From contig CAVTSO010000025.1 in assembly GCA_963737445.1 (NCBI GenBank), forward strand, positions 204,142-268,141: a DNA stretch of 64,000 bases, in the 5' to 3' direction. The stretch comes from an uncultured Actinomycetes bacterium (GTDB lineage Bacteria > Actinomycetota > Thermoleophilia > Gaiellales > JAICJC01). The translations under genes were made by a program, and so were the position numbers. Positions 1 to 9,124 of the stretch are shown one piece after another (position 1 is the first letter of the stretch; each line of letters opens with the position of its first letter). Below the pieces are notes generated by a model that ran no database searches, was not told the DNA's origin, and saw nothing but the letters and a program-made list of their open reading frames with translations.

Positions 1-24
1 GTCTCCGTGGCTCAAAGACTGCAC

Positions 25-420
25 TTACGGACGACGAGCTTTCCGACTCACAGCCCACGCCACCACAGCAGACCCCAGACACGCACACACAAGCGCTTGC
101 GCGGCTGCGGAACTCCCACCGTCGCCGCTTGCGCGGGCGGCAGCAACTATGCCATCGAAGAGCGCCAGAATCATCGCGATGCAGACCACCAACGGCCTCC
201 ATTGCTCGCACCGGCCGGCACCAGCTCGCTGCCTCTGCTCTGCCTCACCACACGAAGGCACACAGGATCGCGACACCAGCGACCAGACCGACGACCGCCC
301 CCTCCTGAACAGCATGCTGCGATCCAATGGCGCATGCAACGCCGAGGCCGCACGTTTGAATCGTGCCGGACGCATCGACCGACCTATGTGGCGGGCGTAC
401 GGGAAGCAGTCCCGGCTCAA
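25..420 (-). CDS. Possible small membrane protein (true start probably downstream of 420)
   Basis: Two hydrophobic segments in the C-terminal half (LVVCIAMILALFDGIVAAA; ALVCACLGSAVVAWAV). The N-terminal half looks non-coding. Confidence 0.3.
   Translation of the reverse strand: MSRDCFPYARHIGRSMRPARFKRAASALHAPLDRSMLFRRGRSSVWSLVSRSCVPSCGEAEQRQRAGAGRCEQWRPLVVCIAMILALFDGIVAAARASGDGGSSAAAQALVCACLGSAVVAWAVSRKARRP
345..374 (+). other. Degenerate tRNA 3' half (tRNA-Arg-like), possible att-site remnant
   Basis: AGGCC variable loop, GCACG/CGTGC T-stem, TTTGAAT T-loop (canonical TTCGAAT), 7-nt acceptor strand CGGACGC and discriminator A. No 5' half upstream. Confidence 0.5.
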
Positions 421-426
421 CGCACA

Positions 427-1440
427 TCACGAACGTTCGGGCGCGGCCGCGGCGAGTCGGGCGAGCGCACGCAGCGATGCATGCCGCGCGTCTTGATCCG
501 TGACGGGCGTCGTCGCCATCACCTCGTCCGCACCGGTCATCTCGACCAGCTCGGCCAGCCGCCGCGCGACCGTTTCGGACGAGCCGATCGCCTGCGCCGC
601 CAGCACCTGATCTGCCAGTTCGCGCTCGGATGGCGACCACTGGTGAGCCGCAACTTCCTCATGCGACGGGAACGGCCGCGGCGGAAGGCCACTTCGCAGC
701 CGGACGAACGAGAGCGCCCAGGCCGAAGCCAGTTCGTGCGCGCGCTCGTCCGTGGCAGCGCAGACGATGGTGACGGTCAGGATCGCGTGTGGCTGCTCCT
801 GCACCTCCGACGGCTGGAACCCGTCCCGGTAGAGCCGCATGGCCGGCACCGAATACCGCGAGCTGAAGTGATGGGCGAATGCGTACGGCAGTCCACGCAA
901 CGCCGCCAGGCGAGCCCCGTAGTCGCTTGAGCCGAGCACGAACACACGTGGCGCCGAGCGCGGGCGCGGATAGGCGGTCAGCCCTTCGAGCGGATGGCCG
1001 GGCGGGAAGCCGTGCAGATGCCCGAACAGTTCGGCCAGCTGGGCGTCCAGATCGTCACTGCCCGGCCCGCGGCGAAGCGCGCGGGCAGTGCGTTGATCGG
1101 TGCCCGGCGCGCGGCCGACGCCGAGGTCGATCCGGCCGGGGAAGAGACCCTCCAGCGTCGCCCAGCGCTCCGCCACCACCAGCGGCGCGTGGTTGGGCAG
1201 CATGACACCGCCCGAGCCGACCCGAATCCGCTCCGTGATCGACGCCGTGCGCGCCGTCAAGACTTCCGGCGCCGTGCTACCTATGCCGGGCATGTTGTGG
1301 TGCTCGGCGTACCACAGCCGCACGTAGCCGAGCTCATCGGCGAGCAGCGCAAGCGCGGCTGCGCGCTCCAGCGCGGCCTCGGCGGACTCGTCGCCGGTGA
1401 CCGGCACAACGTCGAGCAGGGAAATCGGGACGTCGAGCAT
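427..1440 (-). CDS. LLM-class (luciferase-like) flavin-dependent oxidoreductase
   Basis: Motifs WYAEHHN, IRVGSGGVMLPNH, RIDLGVGRAPG, LGSSDYGA, FAHHF. Start placed at MLDVPISLLD. Confidence 0.93.
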   Translation of the reverse strand: MLDVPISLLDVVPVTGDESAEAALERAAALALLADELGYVRLWYAEHHNMPGIGSTAPEVLTARTASITERIRVGSGGVMLPNHAPLVVAERWATLEGLFPGRIDLGVGRAPGTDQRTARALRRGPGSDDLDAQLAELFGHLHGFPPGHPLEGLTAYPRPRSAPRVFVLGSSDYGARLAALRGLPYAFAHHFSSRYSVPAMRLYRDGFQPSEVQEQPHAILTVTIVCAATDERAHELASAWALSFVRLRSGLPPRPFPSHEEVAAHQWSPSERELADQVLAAQAIGSSETVARRLAELVEMTGADEVMATTPVTDQDARHASLRALARLAAAAPERS

Positions 1441-1539
1441 CCGGTCCGGAACGCTAGCGGCTCCCCGGCGCCATGGCCCGGGCTTCAACGGCAAGCGCAG
1501 TCGGGATCAGGCGCCTCGAACGGCTGGTAGGGTCGCTGC

Positions 1540-2235
1540 GTGAGGCTGCTCGCTGGCAGAACTGTGCTGGTGACCGGGACCAGCCGTGGTCTCGGCCGTG
1601 AGATCGCCCGGTTGTTCGCAGCCGAGGGCGCGCGGGTGCTCTGCCACGCCCGCACGCGCGAGGCGGCCGTGGCCGTGGCCGAGACGGTGGGAGGTGAGCC
1701 GGTGTGGGGCGACGTCTCGACCCAGGAGGGCGTGCTCGAGACGGCGGCCCAGGCGGCCGCGGCAGCACCGAAGCTGCACGTGCTGGTGCACAACGCCGGG
1801 ATCGGCAGCCCGGGATCGATCGAGGAGCATTCGCGGGAGCAGTTCGACCGCGTGATGGCCGTGAACGCGGCGGCGCCGCTGTTCCTGACGCAGGCCCTGC
1901 TGGGGCCACTGCGGGCGGCCGGCCGCGCGGGCAGGATCGTGATCGTGAGCTCCGACTCGGGGCGCTTCTCCTTCGCCAAGGACGGCGTGGCCTTCCCCTA
2001 CCGGATGTCGAAAGCCGCCGTCAACATGCTCACCCTCAACCTCGCCGCCGCGTTGGCTGCCGACGGGATCCTCGTCAACGCCATGCATCCTGGATGGATG
2101 CGCACCGACATGGGCGGACCGGGCGCGCCCGTGTCGCCGGCCGAAGCTGCGGAGACGGCGCTCTACCTGGCGTGCCTGCCGGATGGTGGACCGAGCGGGC
2201 GGTTGTGGCAGGAGCAGCGCCAGATCGACTGGTAG
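1540..2235 (+). CDS. SDR family oxidoreductase
   Basis: TGTSRGLG, VHNAG, YRMSK, HPGWMRTDMGG. Confidence 0.93.
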   Translation: MRLLAGRTVLVTGTSRGLGREIARLFAAEGARVLCHARTREAAVAVAETVGGEPVWGDVSTQEGVLETAAQAAAAAPKLHVLVHNAGIGSPGSIEEHSREQFDRVMAVNAAAPLFLTQALLGPLRAAGRAGRIVIVSSDSGRFSFAKDGVAFPYRMSKAAVNMLTLNLAAALAADGILVNAMHPGWMRTDMGGPGAPVSPAEAAETALYLACLPDGGPSGRLWQEQRQIDW

Positions 2236-2260
2236 CACGGACCAGAGAGACGAGGCGGTT

Positions 2261-2902
2261 TCATTGACCAGTGGTGCCGATTCCCGCCTGGGTGAATGCG
2301 ATTACGCGGTCGACGAGAGCGAGCAGGCCGGCGGCCGTGGGAGGTGAGGGGAGCGCTCGGAGCTCGTCGGTTTCGTAGAGGTCTCGCAGCCCCGCGACGG
2401 CGGTGAGCGCCGCGAGGCGGGGCACGAGTGCCGTTCCGGCCAGGCCGAGATCCACCCCGACGGCATCGGCCAGGATGCGCTCGAACTCGTAGTAGCCGGC
2501 GCGGGCCCGTCCACGCAGCCCGGGCTCGGCGTTGATGATGTGCGCCCGCTGCGCGCGGCGCTCCCAGAACCGGCCGCTCAGCTCGCCGTCCTGCGACTCG
2601 AGTTCGTTCATCGTGCCGGCCATCCAATCGCGCAGCGTGTCCAGCGCCGACTGCTTTGGCCCCCTCGCGTTCAGGGCCGCGGCGAGGCTCTCGGGCCGGA
2701 ACGGCTCGGCGTCGAACAGCAGCTCCTCCTTGGTGGCGAAATGCACCGTGACCGTCCGCGGCGCCACGTCGGCCCTGTCCGCGATCGCTCTGATCGTGGT
2801 GTCGCGGTAGCCGCGCTCGGCGAACAGCTCAAACGCAGCGTCCTGGATCGCCAGGTGCGTGCGCTGCCGCTTTCGCGTTCGACGGTCGACCGGCTCAGCC
2901 AT
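2261..2902 (-). CDS. TetR family transcriptional regulator
   Basis: N-terminal HTH AAFELFAERGYRDTTIRAIADRADVAPRTVTVHFATKEELL. Confidence 0.93.
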   Translation of the reverse strand: MAEPVDRRTRKRQRTHLAIQDAAFELFAERGYRDTTIRAIADRADVAPRTVTVHFATKEELLFDAEPFRPESLAAALNARGPKQSALDTLRDWMAGTMNELESQDGELSGRFWERRAQRAHIINAEPGLRGRARAGYYEFERILADAVGVDLGLAGTALVPRLAALTAVAGLRDLYETDELRALPSPPTAAGLLALVDRVIAFTQAGIGTTGQ

Positions 2903-2915
2903 CGGCAGATCGTAC

Positions 2916-2960
2916 TTGACGCATCATTACTAATCTAGTATTTTTACTGCTTCAGCAAAA
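2916..2960 (+). promoter_or_regulatory. Putative sigma70 promoter overlapping an imperfect palindrome (candidate TetR operator)
   Basis: TTGACG (2916-2921), 17 nt, TATTTT (2939-2944); palindrome TTTTACTG-CTT-CAGCAAAA (2942-2960) in an AT-rich divergent intergenic region. Confidence 0.5.
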
Positions 2961-3013
2961 TGCGGAAAGGTTTGCGTCCGTCCCGCCCGCCATCCGACCC
3001 GTAAGGAGCTTCG

Positions 3014-3490
3014 ATGAGTGCCCACGCTGAACTCACACCATCCGAGGCCGCCGATCGCCTGGCGATCCGCGAGCTGTTCGACGCCTACGCGCATTGCGCC
3101 GACCGGCGCGATGCCGAAGGGCAGAAAGCGCTGTTCACCGACGACACGGTGTTCGCCGTCTACATGGCCGGGGAGGCCAACGAGGCGACGTACGTCCTGC
3201 AAGGGCGTGAGTCGCTGACGCCGGTCTTCGCCGACCTGAACCGCTACGAGGCAACGATGCACTTCAACGGACAGAGCACGGTCACGCTCGACGGCGACCG
3301 CGCCACGGGAGAGAGCTACACCATCGCCCACCACGTCTTCACCGAAGACGGCCTCCGCAGGATGATGGTCGCCTGGCTCCGGTACCTCGACGTGTTCGCC
3401 AAGATCGACGGGAGCTGGTACTTCGCCGAGCGCAAACTCATCCTCGACTGGAGCGAGGCACGAACGATCACCGCACCCCAGGCGCCGTGA
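3014..3490 (+). CDS. NTF2/SnoaL-like family protein
   Basis: DRLAIRELFDAYAHCADRRD, TMHFNGQ, RYLDVFAKIDGSWYFAER; RBS AAGGAG upstream. Confidence 0.9.
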   Translation: MSAHAELTPSEAADRLAIRELFDAYAHCADRRDAEGQKALFTDDTVFAVYMAGEANEATYVLQGRESLTPVFADLNRYEATMHFNGQSTVTLDGDRATGESYTIAHHVFTEDGLRRMMVAWLRYLDVFAKIDGSWYFAERKLILDWSEARTITAPQAP

Positions 3491-3509
3491 ACACTTCGTG
3501 GGCCGCCGG

Positions 3510-4088
3510 CTACCCGGCTGCGGCGACCAGCTCGGCCGACTCCTCGCAGGCCCGGGCGCGCTGCGCCGTGCTGTCGTCTGCGAAGCGGGTGGCGACCCGC
3601 ATCACCTCGGCCCCCAACGTCCGCAGCTGCAGTTCGACGCTCTCGTCGGTGATCCGGCCTGCGGCGTCGAAGACGCGGTACGCGGAGAACTCCATCGTGT
3701 TGATGGCCTGCAGTCCCTGCGTGCCGCCGGCGGCGCTCATCAGGCCGATCATCTGGTCGTGCAGGAACGGCGGTTCGCGCGAGCCGAGCGCGTGCAGCCA
3801 GTCGAGCGCGTTCTTGAAGGCGCCTGAGATCGTCCCCTGGTACATCGGGCTGCTCCACAGCATCCCGTTCGCCCCGTAGCAGGCTTCCATCAACGTCGAC
3901 GCGGCCGGCGGCGGCTCCCCTTCGTGGTCGGGGTTGTACATCGGCAGATCGAGCTCTCGCAGGTCCAGGAGCGTGGTGGCCGCTCCCGCTTGAGCGGCCC
4001 CGTCGAGCGCGATCCGCAGCGCGGCCAGGCTCCGCGACGTCCGCGCCAGCGATCCACCAAGGCCGACGATCGCGAGGCGCTCGGTCAC
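3510..4088 (-). CDS. NADPH-dependent FMN reductase
   Basis: GGSLARTSRS, LPMYNPD, SPMYQGTISGAFKNALDW, SAAGG. Confidence 0.88.
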   Translation of the reverse strand: MTERLAIVGLGGSLARTSRSLAALRIALDGAAQAGAATTLLDLRELDLPMYNPDHEGEPPPAASTLMEACYGANGMLWSSPMYQGTISGAFKNALDWLHALGSREPPFLHDQMIGLMSAAGGTQGLQAINTMEFSAYRVFDAAGRITDESVELQLRTLGAEVMRVATRFADDSTAQRARACEESAELVAAAG

Positions 4089-4122
4089 GGTCGGACCAGG
4101 CTCGTGTCGTCGAGCGGCAGGA

Positions 4123-4779
4123 TCATCCGGCGTACTCCGACGCGAAGAGGTAGCTGACAGCCAGGCTGCGGTAGGGCCGCCAGCGGTCGGAAAGCGCGAT
4201 CAGTTCCCCCTGGGTGGGGACGTGGTCGAATTCGTAGAGCCGCTGGATCGCACGACGAAGCGCGATGTCGCCGGTCAGGAAGACGTCGGGGCGGTCGAGT
4301 GCGGCGAGCAGAAACCCGTGGGCCGACCAGGGCCCGATCCCCGGCACCTCGGTCAGCGCCGCCTCGACCTCGTCGTCGGTCATGCCGGCAAGGGCCCCGT
4401 CACTCAAGCGTCCATCGACGAATCGCTCCGCAAGTGCCCGCAGCGTCGCGCCCTTGCGCGCGGAGAGTCCCGCCGAGCGAAGCAGCTGCGGATCGGCTGC
4501 GAGCAGCTCGGCCGGCGTCGGCAGACGTCCACCGAAGCGCTCCTCGATCCGGGACACGATCGTGCGCGTCGCCGCGACCGACAACTGCTGGCCAACGACC
4601 TGGAAGATGAGCGTCGCGAAGGCGTCGAGCGGTGGGAGCTCGTCCATCCACGCCCGCGGCCGGAAGTCCGGCCGCTCATCGATCAGCCGCGCGAGCACCG
4701 GATCCGCCTTTCGCAGAGACTCCCGCGCTTTCGGATCGGCTGCCGCTGCCGGCGCTCGAGGTGGTGTGTCGGCGGTCAT
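4123..4779 (-). CDS. alkA: DNA-3-methyladenine glycosylase, AlkA/HhH-GPD family
   Basis: VVGQQLS, GLSARK, HhH LTEVPGIGPWSA, GDIALRRA, WRPYRS. Confidence 0.88.
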   Translation of the reverse strand: MTADTPPRAPAAAADPKARESLRKADPVLARLIDERPDFRPRAWMDELPPLDAFATLIFQVVGQQLSVAATRTIVSRIEERFGGRLPTPAELLAADPQLLRSAGLSARKGATLRALAERFVDGRLSDGALAGMTDDEVEAALTEVPGIGPWSAHGFLLAALDRPDVFLTGDIALRRAIQRLYEFDHVPTQGELIALSDRWRPYRSLAVSYLFASEYAG

Positions 4780-4812
4780 TTCTGGAACAACCCGGTGGTC
4801 AGTTCGCTGTGG

Positions 4813-5847
4813 TCAGGATCGTAGTATCCCGCCGCCCGCGACGTGCGGGCTCCAGCCGAACGCGGGTGCGATGTCGCGGGCGATCGTTTCGAGCATCGCC
4901 GCGTTGTAGTCGACACCGAGCTGGCTCGGCACCGTCAGGAGGACGGTGTCGGCCGCCTGGACGGCCGCGTCCCGGGCGAGCTCCTCGGCGATCCGGTCGG
5001 GCTCCCCGCTGTAGCTGCGGCCGAAGCGGCTGATCGCGCCGTCGAGCCAGCCGACCTGATCCTCGTTTGCATCTCCGCCGAAATACCGGCGGTCGAGCTC
5101 GGAGGTGATCGGCATCACGCTGCGGCTGATGGACACGCGCGGTTCCCCGAGATGGCCGGCGTTCGCCCAGGCCCCCCGGAACAGCGCGATCTGCTCGGCC
5201 TGCAGCTGATCGAACGGCACCTGCGTGTCCTCCAGCAGCAGCGTCGAGCTCATCAGGTTCATGCCCTGCTCGCCCGCCCAGACGGCGCTCTGGCGCGTGC
5301 CGGAGCCCCACCAGATGCGATCGGCGAGCCCCGGCGATTGCGGCTGGACGGCGAGCATCGCCTCGCCGGGCCGGCCGCCGACGTCGGCGCGGACGACGCC
5401 TGCGCCGGCGATCGCCGCGCGAAACAGCGCCGTCTTCTCCCGTGCCCGCTCACCATCGAGGGAGTAGCCGAAGGCCTCGGCGCCGTGCCAGGCGGGCTCG
5501 GGCGAGCCACGGCTGACGCCGAGCTGGAGCCGACCGCCCGCCAGCAGGTCTGCCGCCGCCGCTTCCTCGGCCATGTACAGCGGGTTCTCGTAGCGCATGT
5601 CGATGACGCCCGTGCCGATCTCGATCCGACTTGTGCTGACGCCGATCGCCGTCAGCAGCGGGAACGGGGACGAGAGCTGCCGTGCGAAGTGGTGAACGCG
5701 GACGAATGCCCCGTCGATGCCGATCTGCTCGGCCGCGACCCCAAGCTCGACCGTCTGGCGGAGCGCGTCGCCCGCCGAGTGCGTGCTCCCTCCGCCCGGA
5801 TGCCATGCGCCGAACGAGAGGAAGCCAATTTTCTTCTTATGGTCCAT
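4813..5847 (-). CDS. LLM-class flavin-dependent oxidoreductase
   Basis: IGFLSFG, FVRVHHFARQ, GTGVIDMRYENPLYMAE, SRGSPE, IWWGSG. Confidence 0.92.
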   Translation of the reverse strand: MDHKKKIGFLSFGAWHPGGGSTHSAGDALRQTVELGVAAEQIGIDGAFVRVHHFARQLSSPFPLLTAIGVSTSRIEIGTGVIDMRYENPLYMAEEAAAADLLAGGRLQLGVSRGSPEPAWHGAEAFGYSLDGERAREKTALFRAAIAGAGVVRADVGGRPGEAMLAVQPQSPGLADRIWWGSGTRQSAVWAGEQGMNLMSSTLLLEDTQVPFDQLQAEQIALFRGAWANAGHLGEPRVSISRSVMPITSELDRRYFGGDANEDQVGWLDGAISRFGRSYSGEPDRIAEELARDAAVQAADTVLLTVPSQLGVDYNAAMLETIARDIAPAFGWSPHVAGGGILRS

Positions 5848-5860
5848 GACCACTACAACG

Positions 5861-5878
5861 TACTTGAGCGGTCAAGTA
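5861..5878. promoter_or_regulatory. Palindromic operator upstream of the LLM gene
   Basis: TACTTGA-GCGG-TCAAGTA, perfect 7-bp arms just upstream of the start codon. Confidence 0.6.
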
Positions 5879-5920
5879 TTCCGTCGGCAAGCTGCCCTGG
5901 GGAGCTCGGGGGAACGGCGC

Positions 5921-6595
5921 TCAAACAGGCAACGGCTCCTCCAGCGAAGCGATCGCGTAGTCCGCATCCGCCTCGCGCAACTGCTGGACGGTGTAATGGC
6001 CGCTCGCCACGCCGACGCACTCGACGCCGGCGGCGTGCGCACCCTCCACGTCGCGCGGCGTGTCGCCCACGACGATGGCCTGCTTCGCGCTGATGTCCTC
6101 CCCGTAGACCAGGGCCGCCCGCTTGAGCGCGATGCGGGTGATCTCGCCCCGATCGCTCGAGTCGGTGCCGTACCCGCCGAACGAGAAGAACCGGTTGAGC
6201 CGTGCCCGGTGCAGCTTGATGTGCGCCGCGGCCTCGACGTTTCCGGTCACGATCCCCAGCAGGTAGCCGCCGTCGAGCAGCCTGGGCAGCATCTCCTCGA
6301 CGCCGGGCAGGACCCGGTAGGAGGTCGAGTCCTCGACCGTCTCATGCATGTAGTGCAGGCGCCGTTCCAGCAGCCGGGCGAACTCGGCCCGCTCCGGCGC
6401 TCGGTGCATCACCGCCTCGAACGTCTTGCGTCCCACGTCGGGATCGGTCATCCCCGCGTCGGTGAACTCGCCGATGTCAGCCGGGATGCCATACAGCTCG
6501 TCGAACGCCAACCGCCAGGAGGCCGCACCTGCGCCGCCGGAGTTGATCAGCGTGCCGTCGATGTCGAACAGGATCGTGACCCGTTTGGCAGGCAA
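5921..6595 (-). CDS. HAD family hydrolase
   Basis: FDIDGTL, VTGN, VGDTPRDVEGA; TTG start after a GAGGAGG RBS. Confidence 0.9.
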   Translation of the reverse strand: MPAKRVTILFDIDGTLINSGGAGAASWRLAFDELYGIPADIGEFTDAGMTDPDVGRKTFEAVMHRAPERAEFARLLERRLHYMHETVEDSTSYRVLPGVEEMLPRLLDGGYLLGIVTGNVEAAAHIKLHRARLNRFFSFGGYGTDSSDRGEITRIALKRAALVYGEDISAKQAIVVGDTPRDVEGAHAAGVECVGVASGHYTVQQLREADADYAIASLEEPLPV

Positions 6596-6745
6596 GAGGA
6601 ACCTCCTCACACCGGAGCCTAGTGCGAGCGGCTCCCGACGTGCCGGTCGCGATGCCGGCGCGCGCCCCGCCACTGAGGCGCCCGCCTGACCGCCACGCCT
6701 CCCAGGACATCGCCGAACACGGTCAGCAGCTAGTTGCCTAGTCCA

Positions 6746-7657
6746 TCATCGGCAGGGCGTCCACGGCGTATCGAACAGGTCCACGGTCTTCAGGATCGCA
6801 TTGAAGTTCCAGCCATTCGACTTCGTGCAGTTGAGCGACGAGCGCTTGTACTCGACCTCGAACACGGCCTTTCCCGTGGCCGTCCAGTCGGGGAGCCCCG
6901 GCGCCGGGTAGTCACACTCCTTGTACTGCATGCACTGCTCGTTGATGGCGTAGTCGAAGTACGGCTTCAGGGTCGCGGCCTGGCCGAGGTCGTTCTTCAG
7001 CGCCACGGAGAGCCCGTTTGAGTGCGCCAGATTGGCCAGATACGTGTCGTAGTTGAGCTGGTCGGCACCGGTCAGCGGGAAGCCGGTCCGGTTGCTGTAT
7101 CCGTCGACGTTGTCGAACTCGACACCATCAAACCCAGCCTGCTTACACTTCTGCACGCGTGCGGACATGATCGGACCGAGCACCGAGACCTGCCGGATAT
7201 CCAGCCACTTCTCACCCGGCCAGCCATTCTTGCTGCCCAGCACCGATGCCGGGAACTGCCCGGCGTCGACCCGCCAGTTCTCCCATGTCCCGGCGTCGAC
7301 ATAGCAGATCACATGGCCGCCGCGGGCATGAATCGCGTTCACCGCCGCGGTGTTAAGCGTGGTGTCGTTGCCGGACACGGCCTGGTCGACGTACAGGTCG
7401 ATGTCCCAGACCTGCGGGCTGACCGCCGCACCCCCGCCCTTGGGAGGCGCCGAGATCGTCGTGTTGATACCACCCGTTGAGGCGTACGCCACTACACCCT
7501 GCAACTGATACTGCCAGCGGCTCTGAAGCGCCGGCTGCCAACAGCCGGAACATGGTGTCGGTGCCGGCAACGCCGCCGATGCCGGCGCCACGCCCAGCGC
7601 AAGGGTTATGAGCGTGAGCACGACGACGGCACTCTGGGAAATAGAAGGCTTACGCAT
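6746..7657 (-). CDS. Secreted GH114 endo-alpha-1,4-polygalactosaminidase-like glycoside hydrolase
   Basis: Signal peptide; WQYQLQG, ICYVDAGTWENWR, WPGEKWLDIR, GFDGVEFDNVDGY, LKNDLGQ, INEQC. Confidence 0.9.
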   Translation of the reverse strand: MRKPSISQSAVVVLTLITLALGVAPASAALPAPTPCSGCWQPALQSRWQYQLQGVVAYASTGGINTTISAPPKGGGAAVSPQVWDIDLYVDQAVSGNDTTLNTAAVNAIHARGGHVICYVDAGTWENWRVDAGQFPASVLGSKNGWPGEKWLDIRQVSVLGPIMSARVQKCKQAGFDGVEFDNVDGYSNRTGFPLTGADQLNYDTYLANLAHSNGLSVALKNDLGQAATLKPYFDYAINEQCMQYKECDYPAPGLPDWTATGKAVFEVEYKRSSLNCTKSNGWNFNAILKTVDLFDTPWTPCR

Positions 7658-8113
7658 GCCGATCCTCCTCAAAGCGATGAACGTATGTGCCTGTGTCACG
7701 CGCGCTGTTCATCACTCTCCCGCGCCCTCGACACCGCTGAGCGTCGGAGTGGCTTGGCCTGCCGCGGCATACCAGCCAGCACGCGATCGCGAGACAGCGA
7801 GCCACTCGCTCGCTCCTGGCGATTCGACGCTCAATCAATCAGAAACGCGCGCCGACGTCAAGCGAGTCGAGCTCCGCCCTCACGTACACCCAGTACGACC
7901 GCGCGGGCCCGGGAACGCCTCGCTGGGGAACGAGTCGGGACCGTACGCATACCGAACAGGTGTCGCGAAATCGAGCGGCTGGCGCACGTAGGGGATCTCG
8001 GTCACGTCGTCAACTTACCGCCACGGCGTTGGTGGCATTGCCACGAGACTGGGTATCGGAGGCTACTGCGACGCCATCTCGCGCATCACCGCGGCTTCCA
8101 ACACGCAACTCGT

Positions 8114-8588
8114 TCAGCTCGAGGGTGCGATTTCGACCTCAAGCTCACCAGGCACGTCCTCCCGGAAGCCGGCCGCACGCAGCGACGTCCGCCGCGCCGC
8201 GGCCACCGTGTCCCGAAACCTGTCCAGGCCGAGGCCGGGGACCTCGGCCCAGAACGTGAAGGTCGACGGCGATCACCCGGCGTGCCTCGACCGGCCCTGC
8301 GAAGGTGCACGAGCCGTTGACGACGATCTCGTTTGCCGGCGAACCAGCGAGGACAAGCGCTTCCGCGACGGCGGTGGCGAGGAAGATGGCGTGGGTGATC
8401 GCCAGCAGTTCACCCGGAGTCGCCTCATTGGGAAGCGGATCGCCGTCGGGCAGTGATACCGGCATCGCATGGAACGTGAAGCTATCCGCCTCGATGCGTG
8501 CCACGCCGGCGGGAGGATGGGTCAGCCACGAGACCCTTCCGCGGCGAACGACCTCGACATCGGTGGAGTGTGGCGACTCGCCATTCAT
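8114..8588 (-). CDS. OsmC/Ohr-like protein (one frameshift near 8248)
   Basis: RRGRVSW, TPGELLAITHAIFLATAVA; after an apparent extra G the frame continues EVPGLGLDRFRDTVAAARRTS to TGA at 8114-8116. Confidence 0.6.
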
Positions 8589-8863
8589 AGGTTCGGTCCC
8601 TCCGTAGGATCTGCCGACGCGGCGCGGCTCAGAGGTCGTACCACACCGACTCGAGCGTCTTTGCGAATCCCCTGATCCCAGTGCGTGTGGTGATGAGCGC
8701 CTCCGACAACCCCTGCCTGCCGCTGTAGCTCGAGTCGCGACACGTCCTCCGCGAACCCACGTGCTCCGCCCAGCGACACAAAGCCGATCACCACCTCGAA
8801 GCTCTCCGCATCCCCGACCAGCTGTGAGGTGCGATGGCCGGTCGCGCCGTGCTTCAAGCGCAC
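8585..8863 (-). CDS. Hypothetical protein (may extend to about 8940 via a frameshift)
   Basis: ORF overlaps the OsmC-like start; no recognisable motif. Confidence 0.25.
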   Translation of the reverse strand: MRLKHGATGHRTSQLVGDAESFEVVIGFVSLGGARGFAEDVSRLELQRQAGVVGGAHHHTHWDQGIRKDARVGVVRPLSRAASADPTEGPNL

Positions 8864-9124
8864 ATCGAGCTCCTCCTCGAACGCCGCCCTGCCTGGGCGA
8901 ACTCGAGTGCTCGGAACTCGAATCGGTCATATCGCTCCATCGAATCCATCGTGGCTACCTCGCGGTTCACCGACATCGGTGCGACCACCGATCCCTTGCG
9001 CAGAACCCGCCGATCCTATGGCGTAAGGCGCGGAGAGCGCGCACGTACTCCAGACATTCGCTGATGCGGCGGCGCCGGCACCGGGCCAGAGTCATCCGTA
9101 CACCCAACCCGGAGGCGAACGGCC

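Noticed and set aside
7700-8110. Long leader upstream of the GH114 gene as a possible riboswitch
   Set aside because: I could not find c-di-AMP or c-di-GMP riboswitch consensus elements by eye. An Rfam scan is needed.
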